This document shows, in pieces, positions 12,348-25,721 of a stretch of DNA of 64,000 nucleotides (positions within the stretch are counted from its first letter, which is position 1; every line of letters begins with the position of its first letter). The translations under genes were made by a program, and so were the position numbers. The notes beneath the pieces were generated by a model. The model was not told the origin of the DNA. It ran no database searches and was given only the letters and a program-made list of their open reading frames with translations. Origin of the DNA: Octopus vulgaris (lineage: Eukaryota); the NCBI GenBank assembly GCA_951406725.2, contig OX597833.1, forward strand, positions 39,618,001-39,682,000, in the 5' to 3' direction.

Positions 12348-13182
12348 TATAGATACACAACATGTAGCAAAAATTATGAAATTTACCAAGTCATAACTGT
12401 TGCTTAATTTTTAAATCTGACACTGATGATTTTTTCAGGTATAACTGTATCCACATGATCCTTTGCAACCAAAAGCAAAGTGAACAAACAACGTCATTAT
12501 TGCCACAGATTAATTTTGAGGATGAAACCAGACAGTTGTTATAACCTCTAACTTCACTCACCTCTCTCTCTCTCTATCTCTCTATATATATATATATATA
12601 TATATAGATAGATAGATAGATAGATATATGTATATACGAGCAAAACACTGAATTGTTAAACATTTAAACCAAATTTTCTCAAAACAACTTGCCCGACCAT
12701 CCCATAGGCCTCCCCTTTGGGAAACACTGATTTAACCTAAATTTGAGACACCAGCAAAAGAAGAAATAAAGATAGACTTTTTCCTATTCCAATGAAAAAC
12801 GATTATATTTACACAAATATGCAACCGAAGAGTTTAAAGTACTAGTAATGATTAGGCTGTTGACTGGGAGAACACAAACATGGTTTAAACAGTAAGCTTG
12901 GCAGGAAAGAAACGTACCTTTAAGCAGTACAAAAACAACAAAAAATGGAAGGTGCAGTTATGTACAGGCTGACGGAAGAAAAGCAGGGCAAAAACGGCTT
13001 TATCGATTGCATTCTCACCTGGAATATATTATTGTAATTTTTTCAAGACTCACACATGCCCTGATACCATCAGTATCTATATATCAAATTTGAGCACAAT
13101 CGGATGGAGAATGCCCGAGATCTGAGAAGACACACACACACAGACAGACAGAATGGATTTTATATAATAGATATATATAGTG

Positions 13183-13560
13183 AAGGTGCAATGGCACAGT
13201 GGTTAGGGCAGCAGACTCGCGGTTGTAGGATTGCGGTTTCAATTCCCAGACTGGATATTGGGAGTGTTTATTGAGCGAAAACACCTAAAGCTCCACGAGG
13301 CTCCAGCAGGGGGTAGTGGTGAACCCTGCTGTATTTTTTCACCACAACTTTCTCTCACTCTTTCTTCCTGTTTCTGTTGTACCTGTATTTCAAAGGGTCA
13401 GCTTTGTCACACTCTGTGTCATACTGAATTTCTCTGAAAACTATTTTAAGGGTACATGCGTCTGTGGAGTGCTCCACCACTTGCACGTTAATTTCATGAG
13501 CAGGGTGGTCCCTTGATCAGATCAGCTGGAACACTCATTGTCATAGCTGGCAAAGTGCCA
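13183..13560 (+). mobile_element. tRNA-derived SINE (family C)
   Basis: Head tggcacagtggttagggcagcagac with A/B-box-like motifs; tail tgtacctgtatttcaaaggg...ttgcacgttaatttca shared with 15420, 35450 and 42676. Confidence 0.8.
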
Positions 13561-13735
13561 CAATATATATGGATGTGTGTGTGTGTGTGAGCGTGTGTAT
13601 GAGGAAGAGAGTGAGAAAGTGTGTGTGTAAGTGTGTGTGTGGGCATGCGTGTATGTATGTGTGTATCCAAATAGGAAAATTATGCTATGTATATACTGTG
13701 TCAACTGTTATAGCATGTATATTTATATATATATA

Positions 13736-13776
<41 letters not shown>

Positions 13777-14059
13777 TGATGATAATGATATATATATTTC
13801 TCTTATCATTTCTATGACAGATGACACTATATATACATATATGTATGTACAGCATAATTTTCCTATTTGTATAAAAGCACATATACATATACCATATATA
13901 TTTCACATATAACGTATATAGACACACACACACACATATACACACACATACACACCTTCATTCCAATACAGACTAAACATATAGTAACAAGGAAAATGAA
14001 AGATAACAAATTGAAAAAGAATGATGGATGAAAACATTATTAGTGTCTTCCATCATTTT

Positions 14060-14262
14060 CAGCAGCAGCAGCAGTAGCAGCACCAGCAGCAGCAATGTTC
14101 TCTGTATCCTCCTCTTCCTCCTTCTTCCCTTTCATCATCGTCGTCATCGTCGTTGTCATCAATATCATCATCATCATCGTCGTCGTCATCAATATCATCA
14201 TCACCATCATCATCATCGTCGTCGTCATCAATATCATCATCATCACTTTCATCATCATTATT

Positions 14263-14304
<42 letters not shown>

Positions 14305-14334
14305 GTTGTCATCATCAATATCATCATCATCACT

Positions 14335-14371
<37 letters not shown>

Positions 14372-15080
14372 CCATCATCATCGTCGTCGTCATCAATATC
14401 ATCATCATCACTTTCATCATCATTATCATCATCATCATTATCATCATCATCATCATCACCATCATCATCGTTGTCGTTGTCGTCGTCGTCATCATTGTTG
14501 TCATTGTCTCCATCATCATTCCTAACAACAGCATTGTCATTATCATTGCTATCATTCCATACTTATCATCCTTGCCATCATCATCTTCATAATTTCATTG
14601 TCATTATTATCATCATCATCATCAGTGCCATCATTATCTTCACCCTCACTATCACATTATCATCATGAATAAAACGAGAACATAACGTCAGTGGTGGTGG
14701 TGGAGGTGATGGTTGTGGTGGTGGTGGTGATGGTGGAAGATGTGGCAGTGGCGGTGGTGGTGGTGGTGGTGGTGGTGGTGGTGATGGTGGTGGTGGTGAT
14801 GGTGGAAGATGTGGCAGTGGCGGTGGTGGAAGTGGCAGCGGCAGTGCACATACCAGTGCACGTGGTGGTGGCAGTGGAAGTGGTGATGGTGGTGGTGGTG
14901 GTGGTTGCAGCAGTGGCAGTGGTGGCAGCAATGGTGGTAATGCTGGTAATGACGATGGTGGAGGCGGTGGTTGTGGTGGTGGTTGTAGTGGTGGTGGCTG
15001 TGGTGTCAGTGAATATGGAAGTGTCGGAGGATGTGGTGAAAGCATCAGCATTGTTGTTGCTGTTGTTGCTATTGTTTTTG
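14060..15080. repeat. ~1-kb compound trinucleotide array: (CAT/CGT)n then (GGT)n
   Basis: Direct reading; it generates the poly-H/S/I/P/T/V ORFs. Confidence 0.95.
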
Positions 15081-15236
15081 TTTGTAGGCAAATATATTTT
15101 ACAATTCCATACTGTTACTGTTTACCTCTCTCTCAGGGATTTAATATAGCTTATTTCTCCATTTTTGAGATCGCTGGAAAAAGCATATAGTGTTTTGCGA
15201 AGTTGAATGAGTTTTCATCACTAGCTGGTGATTATC

Positions 15237-15278
15237 ATACACTGAAGACGGTAAGTACTCAGAAACCTGGGTCTGTGT
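15237..15278 (+). ncRNA. Minimal type I hammerhead motif with degenerate stem II
   Basis: ataca CTGAAGA cggtaagtactca GAAA cctggg TC tgtgt. Confidence 0.55.
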
Positions 15279-15639
15279 GTATCACGTAAGGCTAAAGATG
15301 TGAGTGATGACCTCCCTCACAAATACCGATCGGACAAAAACAGTGTATCATTATTCAGCTGTAGGAGATGTCTTCCTGGGGCTAAAATCAACAGTAACAT
15401 CGTCCTCTATGGGACTGCCATATTTCTGTTGTACCTGTATTTCAAAGGGCCAGTCTTGTCACACTCTGTGCCATGCTGAATCTCTCTGCAAACTATGTTA
15501 TGGGTACATGTATCTGTGGAGTACTCAGCCACTTGCATGTTAATTTCACAACAGGCTGTTCCCTTGATCGGATCAACTGGAACCCTCATTGTCATTCCGT
15601 ACCATTACTGTTTACCTCTCGCTCAGAGATTTAATATAG

Positions 15640-15671
<32 letters not shown>

Positions 15672-15674
<3 letters not shown>

Positions 15675-15847
15675 ATTAGAGACAAAACCACTATTTTGCA
15701 AATCAAACAAAGAAAGACTTAATCCAATACATAAAAAATTTATTATAAATTAAATAAAATTTTATTTAATTTATATTAAATTTTTTTATGTATTGGATTA
15801 AGTCTTCCTTTGTTTGATTTACAAAATAGTGGTTTTGTCTCTAATTA
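15672..15847. repeat. Near-perfect palindrome (~88-bp arms, no spacer)
   Basis: taattagagacaaaaccactattttg...caaaatagtggttttgtctctaatta; centre at 15759/15760. Confidence 0.9.
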
Positions 15848-15934
15848 ATATTATATAATATTTTACTATAAAATTGGATTCAATCCTAAATCTGATTTTT
15901 CCCTGTAAATTTGGATTTATTCCCTAATATTTAT

Positions 15935-15982
<48 letters not shown>

Positions 15983-15991
15983 ATATATACA

Positions 15992-16450
15992 TGATGGCCG
16001 TTCACTTGTAACCAAGGAAGACCATTGCTGACCTTCAGGAACATTGTGCATTCTAGGACTAACATCGAATACGACGTATGAGTGCTTTTGCCAAACGGCT
16101 TTCACAAATGATTTGTTAATAGTGATCAAATGTATGTGCTGTACATTAGCTCACCCATCAAATCGACGTTGCCTGAACAGGTGCATAGTGTTGAAGTGAT
16201 TGCCGATGAAGAGTTTTGCACAAGAACACAGTGCACTACACAGTCTAGGAAGAGAGAGACCATGATCACACAGGTGTATATAGTGGGTGTACCAGCAAAA
16301 TTGTCCAAATTTTAGATTCATCTTTGAACTTTTGTTTCTCTGAAATGCTTAAAGATGACTTAATGGAATTACCAGAAGTTTTTCTAACACTATTGGACCC
16401 TACTTTGAGCAAGAAAAATGTTGGTTGCTCTCCAAGCTCACCTGAAGAAT
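15992..16450 (-). mobile_element. Decayed RTE-type LINE 3' end
   Basis: GELGE...RKTSGNSIKSSL resembles the RTE C-terminus; 3' end atggtcttccttggttacaagtgaacggccatca. Confidence 0.45.
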
Positions 16451-16647
16451 TGTGATCAAGTTGATTATGGACATAAATGACAAATCCACTCAATCCAAAG
16501 TTATAGTTGAAGGAAATAGCCCAAGGTGCTGCACAGTGGGATTGAGCCTGAAACGACATAGTTGTGAAGACACTTGCTCAAGATATCACATAACAGAACA
16601 AAGTTCCTCTCAATTACCTCACATATCTACCATAGCCCCCACTATGG

Positions 16648-16885
16648 TAAGGCAGTGAGGTGGCAGAAATGTTTGCACACCCGGTGAAATGCTTTGCGGT
16701 ATTTCATCTACCGTTACATTCTGAGTTCAAATTCCGCCGAGGTCAACTTTGCCTTTTATCCTTTCAGGGTTGACAAATTAAGTACCAGTTATGAACTGGG
16801 GTTGATGTAATCGACTTAATCCCTTTATCTGTCCTTGTTTGTTCCCTCTATGTTTAGCCCCTCATGGGCAATAAAGAAATAAGAA
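16648..16885 (+). mobile_element. Family B SINE
   Basis: aaggcagtgaggtggcagaaa...ttcaaattccgccgaggtcaactttgcc. Confidence 0.8.
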
Positions 16886-16963
16886 CAAAGTTCCTCCCAA
16901 TTCCCATCACATAGCCCCACTCACCTGAGCCATTCCTATATCTCCCACCAACACTTGCTACAG

Positions 16964-17175
16964 TCACCTTTAACTATCTCTCCACACGCTCTTATGAAAC
17001 GTCCCCCCCTTGATACCCCCTCCTCCATTCACCCTGTCCAATCTTCTGTACCACTGCCCTTATATTCACCTTTAACTATCTCTCCACACGCTCTTATGAA
17101 ACGTCACCCCCCTTGATACCCCCCTCCTCCATTCACCCTGTCCAATCTTATGTACCACTGCCCTTATATTCACCC
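16964..17175. repeat. Near-identical ~102-bp tandem duplication
   Basis: tcacctttaactatctctccacacgctcttatgaaacgtc... occurs twice. Confidence 0.9.
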
Positions 17176-17339
17176 CCAACTGTACCTTGAGAGTATGTCT
17201 CCTGACACATCACCACCACCTTCTCTCTCTCTCTCTCTCTTTGTGTTTCTCTGTAATTCTCTCTTTATCTTCCTCTCATTTCATTTCCAACTAGGATAGC
17301 CATGTATCTCCTCAACAGTAAGACACTTATACTTTAAAA

Positions 17340-17650
17340 GGGTAAAGACACCATTTGGTCATAAATGACCATGGGATTCAACTTAGAAAAAATCCATACA
17401 AGGTTGTTTATGCAAGACCAGCAGTCGCCCATGCATACCCTCTCCACACCACCGATGTTCCCCAAAGGAAACACAAAGGCCAATACAGCTTAGCACCAGT
17501 GACATCGCAACTCATTTCTACAGTTGAGTGAACTGGAGCAACATGAAATAAAGTGTCTTGCTCAAGAACACAACACACAGCCCGGTCCAGGAACTGAACT
17601 CACTACCTCTTGATTGTGAGTCTGACACTCCAACCACTGGGTCATGCACC
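17340..17650 (-). mobile_element. tRNA-derived SINE (family D)
   Basis: Homologous to 41774-42104. Confidence 0.8.
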
Positions 17651-17679
17651 TACTTTAACTTCTAACCAGCTGGCGTAAA

Positions 17680-17920
17680 GTCAACTTCGAGTTAAGGGAT
17701 TTTTGTCTTGCAAGTTATTTGGTAATTCCACTTTTGTTGGCGCCATGTAAAATGTACTCAGCACACTCTGTAAAGCAGTTGGCATGATGAAGGGCATCCA
17801 GCCATAGAAACCTTGCCAAAGCCGATAGAAGAGCTTGGCACAGTCCCCTGGCTTGCCAACTCCTGTCAAACCATCCAGCCCATGCCAGCAGGGAAGATGG
17901 ATGTTAAATGATGAGGATGA
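17680..17920 (+). mobile_element. RTE-type 3' end
   Basis: gaagggcatccagccatagaaac...gatggatgttaaatgatgag. Confidence 0.7.
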
Positions 17921-17970
17921 TACACAGATGATAGTTATATATATATACATTTATATCTGCGTGTGTCCCC

Positions 17971-18013
<43 letters not shown>

Positions 18014-18261
18014 CTCACGTGCACAACACATGTGCATGTGTGTTTGTGTGCATACATGTATATATATATATTTATATATATATGTGAGGTTCATGCATTA
18101 GTACTTATATATATATATATCATAAGTACTAATGCATGAAACTCACAGAACCTTGAGTCACACTGTTGCTTTTGCTATATATATATATATATATATACAC
18201 ACACTATGATAGATTATCTAGATGAAATGAGTCTTTGTGTGTTTGTGTGTGTATGAGAGAG

Positions 18262-18317
<56 letters not shown>

Positions 18318-18561
18318 TGAGAAGTGAGAAATACATTAATGTAAATTACAGTGAAATGGGAATTTGTTTTACAACATTACTGTATGATGAATGGATCTTT
18401 TGAAAGGAATTTAGGACCACTGTGTTTCTATGTTAATCTATACATACATACATACATACATACATACATACGTGATGTGTGTGTATATATATACACTCAC
18501 ACACACAGATACATACATATATATGTATATATGTATTGATACATACGTACATGTGTGCATG

Positions 18562-18593
<32 letters not shown>

Positions 18594-19059
18594 TATATAT
18601 ATATACATGCATACATACTTGCATGCATGTATACACACATATATTGGAACAGCAGTATCTATATGATGGATCAATACTTGTCTATTTAGGTTAGAAACTT
18701 ATAACGATACATTAATCATATTTACTTATGTACATATATATATTTACATGCATATAATCATTCATATATAAAGATATGTGTATGTGTATGTATATATATA
18801 TGTGTGTGTGTGCTGTTATGTATATTTCATACATAATGTATGTTAATATACATTTATGTATACATATATTCATGCATACAATTGTATGATATATATATAT
18901 ATGTACACTTTAATACATCCCCTACTTTGTCTCTCTATATAAGTATTTGTTTATGTTTATATTTCACAGAATGCGTGTTTGTGTCTGTAAGAGAAAAACA
19001 AATGTTAGTGTATAAGACTTATTGCTATGTATATTTTATGGGAACATACTTAATCATCC

Positions 19060-20520
19060 ATTCTTTTGTAATGGACAGATGGAACTAACCCTCTTTTCTT
19101 TTGGTGTAGGAAAGATAGACTTAACTATATCTCTTTGGTAGAATGCTGATAGATCATAGATCATACCGGCTCCCTTTTGTGGTGGTCAGATGGAAGACAT
19201 TGTCTTCCCTTGATGGATAGATTTGACCCAGATTTGGCACAGCTGTTTCAGCGCTGGTGATTTGGCATGGCTGATTGGACACTGAAACTGTTTTGGTGAC
19301 AGTACTTTTTAACACTGGAGGCAAACACACTCACACACATATATCCACATATGCAGAAATATACAGAGAGAGAGAGAGAATGAGACAGAGAGGCATTACA
19401 ATTTATTAATTGAACAGGGTTGTCATAAACACTGCTTCTCTCCTCATATACAACATCAGAAGCAGAGTGAGAAAGATAGAGAGAAATTAAAACAAGAGAA
19501 ACATTGTGATGTCTGATATCAAATAAATCAGTGTTAAATCAGTGGTGCCAGATAAATGGTACCAAAACAGCTGTACCAAATAGCTATGTCAAAATGTCTC
19601 ATACTCAACTAACCATGTCACTTTGGAGGAGGAAAGACAGACCTACCCATCTCTCTTTGATGGAGTACATTTAAATGTAATCATCTCTTTCTGGTGGTGA
19701 ACAGATGGAACAAATCATCTCTCTTTGGTGGAGATCAGATGGACTTAACCATCTCTCTGATGGTAGACTGATAATGTTAACCTTCCATCTTTGTTTCATA
19801 GACGTTTACAAGAGAGATATGAAGTCTATAGATTTGGACGGTCTGAGATGGGAGGGAGTTGCAAATGATTGCCAATGCTGGAGGCAAGTTCTACGCAAGG
19901 AAATGAAATGAGTGGAAGAGAAACTAGAACTTGCCACTGAAGAAAAGCCTGCTTGAAGAAAGGAAATGTCTGTAGAGCTGATAGAGAGCTTCTTCAAATG
20001 CAGTTGCTGCCTGCAAGACTGTTGCTCCTCTATGGGCCTATACAGCCACGGCAGATGCTGCGCTGCCATCAGTAGCTGATACAAAATTCTTCAGGTGCAG
20101 GTTTACGGTCTTTCAAAACTGACAGATGCCTATCTACATCTACATTGTTTTTGCTGTTTTGTATAGTCTCTCTGCCAAGTGTGTTTACAAGAATGGCTAA
20201 AGTTTGGGTTTTTTGTCTTCTTAGTCCATCTTTTATAGTTACTCTCATTCTTGGTGGACAAGGGATGAAGTTAACCGTCTCCCTTTGGTGGAGGACAAAA
20301 AGCCCAAACCATCCAGTTTTTGATTAATGGAAAATAGACTTAAACATCTAATTTCTGGTGAGCTACAGTTAGACTTAATCATACAGTCTATTGTGAAGGA
20401 CAACTGGACCAAACCACGAAATCTTTGTAAGAAAACATATAGACCAAAACACTTAGTCTTTGGGAAACCACAGATGAACCTAAGAACTTCTTATGGTGGA
20501 TGACAAATGGAGCAAAGTAT
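19060..20520. repeat. Old 34-bp minisatellite broken by insertions
   Basis: Unit ~tttggtggagatcagatggacttaaccatctctc in blocks ~19070-19230, 19610-19790 and 20245-20520. Confidence 0.7.
19790..20145 (+). mobile_element. RTE/BovB-like LINE 3' fragment
   Basis: DVYKRDMKSIDLDGLRWEGVAND..WRQVL...FKCSCCLQDCCSSMGLYSH (C-terminal zinc finger), with internal stops. Confidence 0.8.
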
Positions 20521-20730
20521 CCATTCTTTGACTTTTTCACTCTTCCTCAGCTTAATTTGAACTCCATTTGTAAATGAAAGATGAAATACTTGAAAGATAA
20601 TCTTACATATTGAAGATGAGAAACTTTTGTTGAGGTTTATAGTTGATTAAATCAATCCACTGATTGACAATTAATGAAACGAAGTCAAAGCTGATCTAGG
20701 TAGGATTTAACTCCTGGACACAGTAACAGA

Positions 20731-21651
20731 TGCAACGGTGTATCAAAATGTTCCCAGACTAGTTCTGTAGCATTACAATAGATGGCAGTGTACAGTTGCA
20801 TGCACAGGGAGTGTTAGCAGTGACCGTCACAAGACAGTATTTAGTTCACTGTATTTACTTTGCAAGTTGTGAAATTTGTGTTTTTGTGATTATGTTTATG
20901 CTGTAGTCTGTGATTTTGTCATGGACAAGAACGATGATCCAGTGTGAAATGTTGTGTTAAACTTGGGAAGTCTCCTACAGAGACATTGAGCATGCTTTGA
21001 CAAGCTTACAGTGACAAGGCAATGGGTCATACACATTGTTTTGAGTGGAATGGGCACTTCAAAAGTGGAAGGACATCATTAAAAGATTATGAGTGATCTG
21101 GAAGACCTGCCACGAATGTCACCTCTGGAGATGTGGTATTGGTGCATTGAGAGTTTGTCCCTCAGAGCCAGACCATCAATCAAGAGTTCTACTGTAATGC
21201 TTGGAAGTGTTTGAGGAAGGACATTCGGTGAAAGCAACTGGATCTGTAGAGCACAAAGAATTGGAATCTTCATGATGACAATGCACCCTGTAATCAATCT
21301 ATCCTTACTCATAAGTTTCTTACCAAAAAAAATAAGGTACTGCTTCCACACCCACCTAATTTGCCAAATTGAGCACCTGCGGACTTCCATCTCTTCTCTA
21401 AGATGAAAAGACAGCTCAGAGGTTGCCGTTTTAACACCATTGTCGAGATCCAGAGTGAACTGCAGAAAGTCCTTGACTTGCTTATGGAAAATGACTTTCG
21501 GGCAAGATTCCAAAAGTGGCAAGAACACTGAAAATGACGTATTGTTGCACAAGGTGACTATTTCAAAGGAGACAATGTTAAAACTTAGGTAAATAAGTTA
21601 TTTTTTTTATCATACATAACAAGTTCGGAAACCTTTTGATACCCTCTCATA
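20731..21651 (+). mobile_element. Internally deleted mariner transposon (pseudo-transposase)
   Basis: TIRs gtatcaaaatgttcccagact / agttcggaaaccttttgatac; VKLGKSPTET, LHDDNAP, HPPNLPN*APADFHLF and QGDYFKGD segments with stops. Confidence 0.9.
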
Positions 21652-22304
21652 ATTTATTATTAGAAGTTATTTTGTCCCTCTCTTTACAGATTCAATCTAC
21701 CACTTGATTATTTGACTGTGATTTTATGACAAAATGATAAAGTAGAAGTAACAGTTACAGGGTATGTTAAGCATTTCGTGTGTGCCTGCCTACTTGCCTG
21801 TCTGTTTGGAAAAAGATATCATTACATGCTGTAAGAGGTGAATGAGAATCAGCAGCCAGAAGGAAATCTGGCCATCAATCATGGCCAATTCTAAGTTCTC
21901 ACAACAGGGGAACGGGGGGGGAACTGTAGTCAGATTGTCATACAACCTACAAGACTAACACCCACTGTCACAGAGAAAATGACCTTAAAATATTTGCTCC
22001 CATTGTTGCATGTAGCATCTGTAACTTTACACCATATTCCAAACATGCCTTTTCCACTTCTTTAATTAGTTTCACTTCCAACTATTGTTAAGTCTTGTTT
22101 GATAACATCTCACACTTAATTTGTTTCCAGCGTTAACTCTACCGCATAATCTTACAAGTATTTGGAAGAGATCTTCAAGTCTGAAGTTATCACAACTGTA
22201 CACTATTGCGCCTACCTTGAATTCAGCCTATATACATTCTAAATCTTATAACTACAGCCAGGTATTTATCTCATATATGTCTATCTATCTATCTATCTAT
22301 CTAC

Positions 22305-22453
<149 letters not shown>

Positions 22454-23524
22454 TACACACACCCTATACACCATAGCTACAATGTGGATTTTATCCCATG
22501 CATTATCTGTATACCTTGGCTACAATATAGAATTTATCCCACTTATAATCTATACATTATAACTGAAACCTGGAATCACTCAGGGATTGCACGAATGAGT
22601 CGTTCTTTTAGAACTTAAACCTCCTTCCTTTTCTACACTATTATTAATGATATTTCATTAAAATGCTTCATATAAACCTCAATAAAGTAAATATGCAATG
22701 ATATTAATGGTCGAAGTGGTGGTGGTGGTGGCAGTGGTAGTAGTGGTGATTTTAATGGTTAAGGTGGTGGTTGATGGTAGGAATGATTGTTGAGTTGGTG
22801 GCGATGGTGGTGGTATTAGTGGTTAAGGTGTTAGTAGTTGAGATGTTGGTGATCAAGGTGGTGGTTACGGTGGGTGTGGTGTTAGTGATAATGGTGGACA
22901 GTGGGGTTGGGGGTGGAAAGAAACAAGCAATATAAAGAAACATATAAAGAAACAAAACAACAAGAAACAAAAAGCAAATAAGAAAAACAACAAAAGTTCA
23001 TTATGAAATTTTATTATATTTTATAAAAACCTCATTAGCAGTTAACGAGCTGAGTCAGGAAATTTGTAAAGATTTTATTGGTAATTCAGAAGGGATCACT
23101 TGAAATATGTCTCATTTGGAATGTGAAATAAAACCTCCACCTACACTAACTCTATTATCCCTATCATCATTACCACCACTTCACACTACACTGCACTATC
23201 ATTAATATAAAACTACTACCACAACTTCTACCACTACTATCAACGTTACCACCTACACTTCAGCCTTCAAAATACTTTACACTCATGAATATAAATCACA
23301 ATGTCCACAACCCCTTTTGCTGTACCCTACTCTACATTAATATTAAAATACTACAACTACCATTACCTCTACAACTACAGTCAATTACACTACTCACACT
23401 TAAGCCTATACTACTCTTGCGCCTCCTTTTAAATTCATTATAGAAGCTTCACTACATTATTTCACTTTCTAGGTGCAGTGGAAGACTCACATGCTTTCTG
23501 TCCAAGCCTTTCTGAAATTACTCT

Positions 23525-23680
23525 TGTGGGCATGGCTGTGTGGTTAAGGAGCTTGCTTCCTAGCTACATGGTTTCGGGTTCAGTCCCACTGTGTGGCACT
23601 TTGGGTAGGTGCCTTCCACTATAGCCCCGAGCCGACCGGAGCTTTGTGATTGAATTCGGTAGGTGGAAGTTACTGCCGTG
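23525..23680 (+). mobile_element. Family A SINE head
   Basis: catggctgtgtggttaaggagcttgcttcc...ttcagtcccactgtgtggcac. Confidence 0.8.
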
Positions 23681-23744
23681 TGTGTATGTGTGCGTATAGC
23701 TGCTCAGTGCCTCTCCGAAAGAGAGAAAGAGAGGGATACCGATT

Positions 23745-23953
23745 TCAAATTTTGGCACAAGTCCAGCAATTCCAAGGGAGAGAGTATGGTGATTACATTG
23801 ACCTCAGCACTCGACGCATACTTATTTTACTGACCCCAAAAGAATGAATGGCAAAGTCAACCACAGTGGAATTTGAACTCTTACGAAAAATTGGACGAAA
23901 TGCTACCAAACATTTTGCCCAATGTGCTAACAATTCTTCCAGATCACTGCCTT
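23745..23953 (-). mobile_element. Family B SINE
   Basis: gattacattgacc...ggcaaagtcaacc..ggaatttgaactc. Confidence 0.75.
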
Positions 23954-24469
23954 AATTACTCTTATAATATCGATATCACCTAAAAGATGCTTGTTCTTCA
24001 TTCCCATTTGATAAATTTAGCTTTGGCAATGAAGAACTGGTTAATATCAGACAGTATCCAATTGACATTGGGTGTTTCAACCCTGAAACATAACACCCCA
24101 TCAGATCAGCAGAGGTGGCCAAATCCCTGATCATTATTTCCTCCTGGATCCCGCTTAACATGTAATTCTTGTTCCATAACCAGCAAGAGGTTCTTTCTGT
24201 CATCTCTCCCATCTTGCAGAAAGCTACATTTCACTCTTTTTCTTTTATTTCGTTGGCTGCAAGCATTTTACAAAGTAACCAGTTAGAGAATCCCCTACAG
24301 CCAACCTCAATCAGAAATAGCCATGTCTTTTAAGACCAGAAAAATTACATCTGACCTTAAGCATGTTTGGATGACCTGGAGACACTACGATCTTTCCCCA
24401 AGTCTGCTCTCTTATCTCATGCTCTCCCCAACCCTTAATAATGCCACTCCCACTCAAGTCTATACCATC

Positions 24470-24835
24470 CCACTACATTTGGATACATCACTGTCCCTCT
24501 GTATTTGAATACATCATTGTCCCTCTATATTTAGATACATCACTCTCCCTCTATATTTGGATACATCACTGTCCTTCTATATTTAGATACATCACTGTCC
24601 CTATATATTTGGATACATTAGTGACCTTCTATATTTAGATGCATCACTGTCCCGCTATATTTGAATATATTATTGTCCCTCTATATTTGGATACATCACT
24701 GTCCTATATTTGGATACATTAGTGTCCCTCTATATTTAGATACATCACAATCCTTCTATATTTGGATACACCACCGTCCTGTTATATATGGACATAACCC
24801 TGTCGTCTTATATTTAGATACAATACTGTCCACTT
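24470..24835. repeat. 26-bp minisatellite (~13-14 units)
   Basis: Unit tatatttggatacatcactgtccctc. Confidence 0.9.
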
Positions 24836-25020
24836 TTCTTTTGTGTTATTACCTTTGTTATAGAATACGTATTTACTTACAAGCACACACAGACTCACAC
24901 ATTCTTTCTCTGTCTGTCACTCTCTCTCTCCCTCTCTCTTTGTTTCTTACAAACACACACATGCACATGCCTACACAAACAGTCTTTTTCTTTCTCTCAA
25001 ACTATCTATCCATTTATCTG

Positions 25021-25058
<38 letters not shown>

Positions 25059-25109
25059 AAATATGTTCATGTTATTTTGGTCTAACTCTCTAATAAACAA
25101 ACATACATC

Positions 25110-25141
<32 letters not shown>

Positions 25142-25721
25142 GACCAATACACACTCCCTCTCCACTCTCTTTCACATTCACACATAGTTCCTCTTTCAAC
25201 CCCACCACTTCACTAATCAAATACATTCCCTTATATAATATATTCATTATCACCAACACCACTGCCACCACAAACATCATCATCATCACTCTCATCAAGA
25301 CATTTATTAAAAACATCTACACAGCAAAAACAACAACTGTATGACAAAATAGCCATATATTTTACAATGTCCACCATGTTTATACTGGTTATTTCCATCT
25401 ACCATCCATTCTTGAAATTCCTGTATCAAACCTAATTTACTTCAATTAATTAATTAATCCAATATCTAATTATGATGTCAATCTTTTACAATGAAATATC
25501 AATTTACAAGCCCTTATCAGATTGGGACAACAACGAGGCTTCTCTACATGCTAACTCACCCTATAAGAAACAATCAAATCTCCCTCAATCGTACCCCCTA
25601 CTGTCTTACAAAAGATATTACATATAGGACAATCTACTTCTTATTTATATACGTTCCCTCCAGAGCAATGGACCCCTTAGTTTCTTATTTTACTTGGTTG
25701 GACCCTAATAGCCATTTGATA

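Noticed and set aside
14028-15149. Long His/Ser/Pro/Thr/Val-rich ORFs
   Set aside because: They are open in most frames on both strands, an artefact of trinucleotide repeats; the same applies at 3663-4197, 5248-5600 and 47208-48356.
19070-19790. KNL1-like MELT/MDLT peptides (QMELT, QMDLT) in translation
   Set aside because: The unit is 34 bp, not a multiple of three, and has frequent stops, so this is a non-coding minisatellite.
22131-22261. Possible exon (tttccag...cag/gtattt)
   Set aside because: No recognisable protein or partner exons; the minus strand looks more like a decayed LINE (DVIKQDL).
24470-24835. CRISPR-like array
   Set aside because: Contiguous 26-bp units without unique spacers, in eukaryotic DNA; the same applies to 48445-49440.
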